A stretch of 64,000 nt of DNA from Minisyncoccota bacterium. Lineage in GTDB: Bacteria; Patescibacteriota; Minisyncoccia; Phycocordibacterales; UBA2100. Positions within the stretch are counted from its first letter, which is position 1. Each line of letters opens with the position of its first letter. Positions 57,618 through 64,000 of the stretch are shown piece after piece. The notes beneath the pieces were generated by a model. That model was not told where the DNA came from, made no database searches, and worked only from the letters and a program-made list of their open reading frames with translations. The DNA lies in assembly GCA_035708165.1 (NCBI GenBank), contig DASSSZ010000001.1, forward strand, positions 89,772 through 153,771. The letters are read 5' to 3'. The translations under genes were made by a program, and so were the position numbers.

Positions 57618-59246
57618 ATGGATCTCACCCGCTTCTTCGGCCGTATCACCTGGCGCACGCGCACCGTCGTCGGCGCCGTGCTCATCGTGATCGTCCTTCT
57701 CGCTGCTTTCGTCTATGCCATGCATAGCCGCGGCGATGCTGCCGCTGATACGACCGCGAACCAGACGCCGCTGGTCTCGGTCGCGTCCGTCTCTTCCCTT
57801 GCCGAGAGCGGCACCTCGTTCTCCGTCATCGGCACGGTGCAGTCGGAGACCGAGGCGAGCGTGCTCACGCAGGGCGCGGGCGAGGTCACGCACGTCTACA
57901 AGCAGCTGGGCGACAGCGTCTCGGCGGGCGCGGTCATCGCCGAGCTCGACAACGCCAGCCAGCGCGCAGCCGTCACGCAGGCGCAAGGCGCCGTCGCCGC
58001 GGCGGAAGCGAGCCTCTCGAAAGTCGAAAGCGGCGCACGCACGCAGCAGCGCACGATCGCGGAAGCGAGCGATGCCTCGGCGAAGGCCGCGGCTGGCAAC
58101 GCGGTCGCCTCGGCCTACGCCGCCATCGAGGACACCGTGACGCACACGGCCGATCCGATGTTCTCTAATCCGAACACCACGGACCCGTCGATCGCGTTCA
58201 CCAGCACCGAATCGCAGCTCGTCGTGAACGCCGAGAACGAGCGCCAGCAGCTCGCCGCGCTCCTCGCCAAGGGGCAATCGGCTGCAGACGGGCTTGGCAG
58301 CACGAGCGATTCCGCCGCGCTTCACGCCGCCATCGCAGCTGCGCAGTCGGACGTGCGGGAGACGCGCGATTTCTTTGATACCCTCATCGGCGCCCTGAAC
58401 GCAGCCGTGCCGTCGCAGTCCGTCTCGACGACGCAGATCGCGACATGGGAAGCGGGCGCGAGCACGGCACGCAGCACGCTCACCGGCACGCTCTCGGCGC
58501 TTACCTCGGCCGATGCCGCCCTCACCACGGCCGACGAGACCCTCTCGCAGACCAACGAGGGCGCGCAGCCGCAGGATACTGCCGCGGCGCAAGCGGCCGT
58601 GATGCAGGCACAAGGCGGGCTCGCCGCAGCGCAAGCTGCGCTCGAGAAGACCATCGTCCGCGCACCCATCTCCGGCACGATCAATGCCATCAGCATCACG
58701 CAGGGCGACTATGTGTCGAATTTCGAGAACGTCGTCACGATCGCGAATAATCATGCGCTCGAGATCGTCGCGAACGTGACAGAGGCGGATGCCAAGCGGC
58801 TCACCGCCGGGCAACCGGTCACCATCGACGGCTCCGCGGCAGGCACGGTCACGCGCATCGCCCCGGCGATCGATCCTTCGACGAAGTCCATCCAGGTGAA
58901 GATCGGCGTCACCGAAGGCGCCGACGCGCTCACGAACGGCGAGTCGGTCACGGTCACCTTCCCGGAGTCCGAGACGCAGGCGGCTGCGAGCCAAGGCCCT
59001 GCGACTATCCCCATCATCGCGGCGAAGATCCTTCCCACCGGGCCGGTCGTCTTCACCGTGAGCGCGGATGATACGCTCGTCGCGCATCCGATCTCGTTCG
59101 GTCCGATCCTCGGCGACCGTGTCACGGTCACCGAGGGGCTTACCCCGGATATGGCCATCGTCACGGACGCCCGCGGGCTGTTCGAAGGCGAGAAGGTCGA
59201 GGTCGCGACCGGCTCGGCGCCGGCTGCAACGACCACCGCGCAATAA
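57618..59246 (+). CDS. RND efflux membrane-fusion (adaptor) protein with a long helical hairpin
   Basis: TM anchor; lipoyl-like G.V......GD.V..G; RAPISG.I. Confidence 0.9.
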   Translation: MDLTRFFGRITWRTRTVVGAVLIVIVLLAAFVYAMHSRGDAAADTTANQTPLVSVASVSSLAESGTSFSVIGTVQSETEASVLTQGAGEVTHVYKQLGDSVSAGAVIAELDNASQRAAVTQAQGAVAAAEASLSKVESGARTQQRTIAEASDASAKAAAGNAVASAYAAIEDTVTHTADPMFSNPNTTDPSIAFTSTESQLVVNAENERQQLAALLAKGQSAADGLGSTSDSAALHAAIAAAQSDVRETRDFFDTLIGALNAAVPSQSVSTTQIATWEAGASTARSTLTGTLSALTSADAALTTADETLSQTNEGAQPQDTAAAQAAVMQAQGGLAAAQAALEKTIVRAPISGTINAISITQGDYVSNFENVVTIANNHALEIVANVTEADAKRLTAGQPVTIDGSAAGTVTRIAPAIDPSTKSIQVKIGVTEGADALTNGESVTVTFPESETQAAASQGPATIPIIAAKILPTGPVVFTVSADDTLVAHPISFGPILGDRVTVTEGLTPDMAIVTDARGLFEGEKVEVATGSAPAATTTAQ

Positions 59247-59249
59247 CGT

Positions 59250-62200
59250 ATGCTCTGGCTCTGGAATTTCTTCCTCGAGCGGCGCCAGTTCAGCTATATG
59301 CTGATCGGCACGCTCATCTTCGCCGGCGCATTCGCCGTGTTCGCCATACCGAAGGAGAACTACCCCGCGATCACTATCCCCTACGGGATCGTCGTCACGC
59401 TCCTGCCTGGTGCGTCCGCAGCGGATGTGGAAACGCTTGTCACGGATAAGCTCGAGGACCAGATCTCGAACCTTTCGAACCTCGATACCGTGACCAGCCA
59501 GTCCATGAACGGGGTCTCGGAGATTACCGTGCAGTTCGATGCGAACGCTGATATCACGACCTCGATCCAGGATCTGCGCGACGCCGTGGCGCAAGCCGCA
59601 GGCGACCTGCCGAGCGACGCGACGACGCCCACCGTCACCAAGCTCAATTTCGAGGATCAGCCGGTCATCGTGGCATCGGTCGTGAGCGACCTTCCCCAGA
59701 CGGAGCTCTCGGCGCTCGGCACCAAGGTCTCCGACCAGCTGAAGGCTCTCTCCGGCGTCTCCAAGGTGGATGTGACCGGTGTCCCGGATCGCCAGGTCAG
59801 CGTCATCGTGAGCAAGCAGGCGCTCGCGCAGCACGGCCTCTCGCTCTCCGATGTCACGCAGGCGATCGCCGGCAGCAACACCGCGCTGCCCGCAGGCACT
59901 ATCACCATGGATGGCGTCAACTATGACGTGAACTTCAAGGGCGGGCTCACCGATCCTGCCGAATTGCAGGACGTGACCGTGGGCACGTCCGGCGGCGCGC
60001 CGATCTACCTGCGCGATATCGCGCTCATCTCCGATGGCCTCGCGCCGGCATCCACGTACTCGCGCGTCTCCATCGCAGGCGAACCGAGCAACCAGGCGAT
60101 CACGTTCGACGTCTACAAGCAGTCCGGCGCAAGCATCCAGGGCGTCGCCGATGAGGCGCGCCAGGAGCTCGCAGCCCTGCAGGAAGACGGCGGGCTGCTT
60201 GCCGGCGCCAAGGTCTTCGTCGCTCCTTCCACCGACCAGGGCGCGCAGGTGAGCCAGTCGCTCGGCGATCTCACTAAGACCGGATTCGAGACGGTGCTCC
60301 TCGTCCTCCTCATGCTCTTCCTCACGATCGGCTGGCGCGAGTCCATCGTTGCAGCGCTCTCGATCCCGCTCTCGTTCGTGATCGCGTTCGTCGGCCTCTA
60401 CGCCACGGGCAACACCCTCAACTTCATCTCCCTCTTCGCGCTCATCCTCGCGGTCGGCATCCTCGTGGACTCGGGCATCGTCGTCACGGAAGCCATCCAC
60501 GCACGCATGCGCATCTACCACGATCCGATGAAAGCGGCGAAGCATGCGCTCGCCGACTACGCGTGGCCTCTGATCGCCGGGACCATGGTCACGGTCGCCG
60601 TGTTCGCGCCCCTGTTCTTCATTTCCGGCATCGTGGGGCAATTCATCGCTGGCATCCCGTATACGCTCATCTTCGTCTTGCTCGCCTCTATCTTCGTCGC
60701 GCTCGGCATCGTGCCGCTGATCGCGATCCTCTTCAGCGCCTCGGACCGGCATAATCGTCTCGAGCAGCTCCAGGAGCGCTACACCGACCGCATCACCGAG
60801 TGGTACAAGCGCATGCTCGGCCGCCTTCTCGCGAGCCGCCGCGCGCAGAACTGGTTCCTCTCCGGCATCGCTGCCCTCTTCGTGATCTCGCTCTTCCTGC
60901 CGATGACAGGCCTCGTACAGTCCATCTTCTTCCCGCAGGACGATAGCGACTACGTGATCGTTTCCATCGAGAAGCCGCAGGGCACCGTGCTCGCCACGAC
61001 CGATCTCGCAGTGCGCGAAGTGGAAGAGCTCCTGTACCAGGACAAAGAGATCGCCTCCTTCCAGACGACCGTGGGCGCCGGCAGCGCGCTCGGCGGGTTC
61101 GGCGGCGGCGGCATGAGCGGCAACGAGGCGAACATCACGGTCAACCTCAAGAAGCCGCGCGACGTCACGAGCACGCAGGAAGTCGCCCGGCTCCAGCATC
61201 TGCTCGCGCCCGTCAAGGATGCGACCATCCAGGTCACGCAGCCGTCCGAAGGACCTTCGACCGGCGCCCCGATCCAGATCGAGCTCAAGGGCAGCAATCT
61301 CGACGATCTCGTCACTGCGGCGGATAAGGCCGAGGCGCTCCTCGCTTCGATCCCGCACACGGTGAACGTCGATTCCTCGACCAAGAGCACCGGCACCGAG
61401 CTCGACCTCACGATCGACCGCGCGAAAGCCGCTGTGCTCGGCGTCTCGCCGCTCACGATCGCGCAGACGCTCCGCACGGCCATCAACGGCACGAAGGCGA
61501 CCACGATCAACGAGCCCGGCCAGGATATCGACGTCATCGTGCAGCTCGACCTCAATTCGAACTACACCTCGGCTGCCGATACGGCGGACGCCACGCTCGA
61601 TGCAGTGAAGAACATCCAGGTGCCGACGACGCACGGCACCACGGTCCTCCTCGGTTCCGTCCTCTCCGATGCGCTCGCGCCTTCGAATGCGACCATCGCG
61701 CATAAGGACAAGGTGCGGCTGGAGACCGTCTCCGCGTATCCGGACGACACGACGACCGCTGGCGTCATCGTGGCGGAGTTCCAGAAGAAGGCAGCGTCGC
61801 TCGACCTCCCGGCCGGCGTCACCATCGATTACGGCGGCGAGAGCGAGGACATCGGGACGTCGTTCACGCAGATGTTCGTCGCGCTCCTCGCGGGCTTCGC
61901 CCTGATGTTCATGATCCTGGTGCTCGCGTTCAACTCGTTCCGCTACACCTTCTACCTGCTGATGATCGTGCCGCTCTCCCTCATCGGCGTGCTCGACGGC
62001 CTCGCGCTGACCGGCCAGCCGCTCTCCTTCCCTTCCATGCTGGGCTTCATCGCGCTCGGCGGCGTCATCATCAATCACGCGATCATCCTCATGGACTCGA
62101 TGATCCGGCATCTCGCCGCTTCGCCTGAGACCCCGATCGAGGACATCGTCATCGACTCGGCAGCAACGCGCTTGCGTCCTATCGCGCTCACCACGATCGC

Positions 62201-62432
62201 GACCGTGCTCGGCATGATCCCGCTCTCGGGCTCGAGCGCCATGTGGAGCCCGCTCGCGTTCACCATCATGTTCGGCCTCTCGTTCGCGATCGTCCTCACG
62301 CTCGCGCTCATCCCGACCATCTTCTATCGCTCGGTCGTGCGGAAGCGCGCGAAGCAGGCGGGCATCTGGGAGCGCCGCCATCCGCTGCGCGCCATCGGCC
62401 GCCTCATCGCGCGCCCGTTCCGCCGCTCCTAG
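59250..62432 (+). CDS. AcrB/AcrD/AcrF-family RND permease
   Basis: PGASA.DVE..VT..LE, GILVD..IVV.E, RLRPI.LTT. Confidence 0.95.
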   Translation: MLWLWNFFLERRQFSYMLIGTLIFAGAFAVFAIPKENYPAITIPYGIVVTLLPGASAADVETLVTDKLEDQISNLSNLDTVTSQSMNGVSEITVQFDANADITTSIQDLRDAVAQAAGDLPSDATTPTVTKLNFEDQPVIVASVVSDLPQTELSALGTKVSDQLKALSGVSKVDVTGVPDRQVSVIVSKQALAQHGLSLSDVTQAIAGSNTALPAGTITMDGVNYDVNFKGGLTDPAELQDVTVGTSGGAPIYLRDIALISDGLAPASTYSRVSIAGEPSNQAITFDVYKQSGASIQGVADEARQELAALQEDGGLLAGAKVFVAPSTDQGAQVSQSLGDLTKTGFETVLLVLLMLFLTIGWRESIVAALSIPLSFVIAFVGLYATGNTLNFISLFALILAVGILVDSGIVVTEAIHARMRIYHDPMKAAKHALADYAWPLIAGTMVTVAVFAPLFFISGIVGQFIAGIPYTLIFVLLASIFVALGIVPLIAILFSASDRHNRLEQLQERYTDRITEWYKRMLGRLLASRRAQNWFLSGIAALFVISLFLPMTGLVQSIFFPQDDSDYVIVSIEKPQGTVLATTDLAVREVEELLYQDKEIASFQTTVGAGSALGGFGGGGMSGNEANITVNLKKPRDVTSTQEVARLQHLLAPVKDATIQVTQPSEGPSTGAPIQIELKGSNLDDLVTAADKAEALLASIPHTVNVDSSTKSTGTELDLTIDRAKAAVLGVSPLTIAQTLRTAINGTKATTINEPGQDIDVIVQLDLNSNYTSAADTADATLDAVKNIQVPTTHGTTVLLGSVLSDALAPSNATIAHKDKVRLETVSAYPDDTTTAGVIVAEFQKKAASLDLPAGVTIDYGGESEDIGTSFTQMFVALLAGFALMFMILVLAFNSFRYTFYLLMIVPLSLIGVLDGLALTGQPLSFPSMLGFIALGGVIINHAIILMDSMIRHLAASPETPIEDIVIDSAATRLRPIALTTIATVLGMIPLSGSSAMWSPLAFTIMFGLSFAIVLTLALIPTIFYRSVVRKRAKQAGIWERRHPLRAIGRLIARPFRRS

Positions 62433-62455
62433 CCCGGCTCGCCGACAAGCTCGCC

Positions 62456-62544
62456 GTTCGACTCCCGGCAGGATCTGCAAATGGCAAGCGGCCCAAGAGT
62501 TTCGCTCTTGGGCCGGTCATTTGTGACCCTACCGGGAGTCGAAC
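62456..62544. repeat. Long inverted repeat containing the tRNA-Glu 3' end
   Basis: 62456-62499 is a near reverse complement of 62505-62544. Confidence 0.85.
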
Positions 62545-62595
62545 CCGGATTACCGCCGTGAGAGGGCGATGTCCTAACCATTAGACGATAGGGCC
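62524..62595 (-). tRNA. tRNA-Glu (anticodon CTC), CCA not encoded
   Basis: GGCCCTA acceptor stem, anticodon loop CT-CTC-AC, GGTTCGACTCC T arm; TATAAT upstream at 62607-62612. Confidence 0.95.
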
Positions 62596-62638
62596 GAACG
62601 CGAAGGATTATAAAACAAACATGCCGGAAATGGAAGCG

Positions 62639-64000
62639 CTACGCATGCAGCCCGACCTGGTGGTCGTAAAGCTCGCGGTAGACGCCGCCTTCGATCGCGA
62701 TCAGCTCTTCGTGCGTCCCCTGCTCGACGATCCTGCCGTCCTTGAGGACGAGGATCCGGTCCGCCTTCCGTACCGTCGAGAGCCGGTGCGCGATGATGAA
62801 TGTGGTGCGGCCGGCCATCAGCTCCTCGAGCGCTCCCGTGAGCGCCCGCTCCGTGCGCGCGTCGAGCGCGCTCGTCGGCTCGTCGAGGATGAGGATCCGC
62901 GGGTTGCGCAGGGCTGCGCGTGCCACGGCAAGCCGCTGCTTCTGCCCTACGGAGAGCTTCACGCCCCGCTCGCCGACCACCGTCTCGTATCCCTTCGGGA
63001 GCCGCTCGATGAACTCGCCTGCCTGCGCGATCGCGACTGCCCGCGCCACCTGCTCGTCGGATGCCCCGAATGAGCCGTAGGCAATATTCATCCGGATGGT
63101 GTCATTGAAGAGCGCGACCTCCTGCGGCACCATGGCCGTCTGTGCGCGGTACTCCGCGAGGTTCAGCCGGCGCGTGTCGATGCCATCTATCGCCACCTTC
63201 CCTTCGCTCGGGAAGTAGAAGCCGAGCAGGAGGCCGATGATGGTGCTCTTGCCGCCGCCAGACGCTCCCACGAGCGCGATCGTCTCTCCTTCCTTGGCAT
63301 GGAACGTGATATCGCGGAGCACCGGCGATTCCGCATCGCCGTAGCGGAACGTGACGCCTTCGAACGAGACGTCGCCGCCGAGCGCCGGCAACGGCTGCGC
63401 GCCTTCCGGCTCGTACGCCTCGAGCGGCTGGGACATGATCTGGTCGTGGTAACGGGTCGCCGCGATGAGGCCGTTCTGGATCTGCTGCCAGCCGTAGCCG
63501 AAAGAGACGAAAGGCCCCAGGAACATCAGGGCATACCCGTTGAAAGCGACCAGCTGGCCGATCGTAAGCGCGCCCTCCGAGACGAACATGATCGACGCGC
63601 CGAGCACGATCCCCTGCACCAGGAGCACGATCACGCGCTGGTAGAGGCCCGTGAAGCTCCAGATGCGCTCCACGTGCATCCAGCGCGCGAAGGTCTCGCC
63701 CATCCAGTCGCGCCGCGCCTTCTCTTCCTCGTACCCTTCCGTCGCGAACGCCTTCACCGTATCCACGTGTTCTGCCGCTGCGGCGGCATCGCCCCAGGAG
63801 CGGTTCCAGCGCGCATGCGCATCCCGGTATGCCGCCGCCTGCCCGCGCACCACCTGCCAGAGCATCATGCAGTACGCGAGCGCCCCTGCGACGAGGACCC
63901 ACGCGAGCAGCGGATTGATCGTGAAGGCGAACGTGATCCCGACAGCGACCGCGAGGAGCTGCGGAGAGATGTCCGTGATCGAGCGGATCGTCGCGGTGCA
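62639..64000 (-). CDS. ABC exporter, TMD+NBD fusion (5' end outside window)
   Basis: GASGGGKST, LSVGQ.QR, ILDEPTSALD, IAHRLST; frame stays open to the window end. Confidence 0.93.
   Translation of the reverse strand, partial: CTATIRSITDISPQLLAVAVGITFAFTINPLLAWVLVAGALAYCMMLWQVVRGQAAAYRDAHARWNRSWGDAAAAAEHVDTVKAFATEGYEEEKARRDWMGETFARWMHVERIWSFTGLYQRVIVLLVQGIVLGASIMFVSEGALTIGQLVAFNGYALMFLGPFVSFGYGWQQIQNGLIAATRYHDQIMSQPLEAYEPEGAQPLPALGGDVSFEGVTFRYGDAESPVLRDITFHAKEGETIALVGASGGGKSTIIGLLLGFYFPSEGKVAIDGIDTRRLNLAEYRAQTAMVPQEVALFNDTIRMNIAYGSFGASDEQVARAVAIAQAGEFIERLPKGYETVVGERGVKLSVGQKQRLAVARAALRNPRILILDEPTSALDARTERALTGALEELMAGRTTFIIAHRLSTVRKADRILVLKDGRIVEQGTHEELIAIEGGVYRELYDHQVGLHA

Noticed and set aside
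57600-62480. 1626-aa minus-strand ORF
   Set aside because: Antisense shadow of the MFP/AcrB genes; high GC3 suppresses stops on the opposite strand; no recognisable motifs.
62456-62480. attR of an element integrated at tRNA-Glu, or a second tRNA
   Set aside because: The copy is inverted and adjacent rather than a distant direct repeat, and it lacks D and anticodon arms.

Overview
High-GC bacterial chromosome segment. Gene content points to Patescibacteria/CPR, probably Parcubacteria (inference): shortened AlaRS, short non-discriminating-type AspRS, no hrcA beside grpE-dnaK-dnaJ, an FtsA-like/baseplate-J-like gene pair, a PaaX/Cas2-like protein and a DUF5671-like protein. Most of the window is core housekeeping: mnmA, ung, pepF, alaS, infA-rpmJ-rpsM-rpsK-rpsD-rpoA-rplQ-rplM-rpsI, grpE/dnaK/dnaJ, trpS, aspS, scpAB, mraY-ftsW-murG, gltX, a Xer recombinase, rpmA, rplI, corA, cysS, leuS, ychF, MarR plus RND efflux, tRNA-Glu(CTC) and a partial ABC exporter. 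One accessory block (about 24.0-32.4 kb) holds lipid-modifying enzymes, a Cys-repeat surface protein and an orphan sensor kinase. Most notable observations: (1) a wHTH + Cas2-like (PaaX-family) gene between grpE and dnaK, bracketed by two copies of a 40-bp nested palindrome, each beside a promoter; (2) a dif-like 28-bp site overlapping the xer promoter, where gene orientation and KOPS-like octamers flip; (3) two small hairpin RNA candidates bounded by promoter and terminator, plus a weaker third; (4) an inverted copy of the tRNA-Glu 3' end in its own trailer; (5) pervasive leaderless, SD-independent starts. All calls come from reading motifs by eye; no searches were run.
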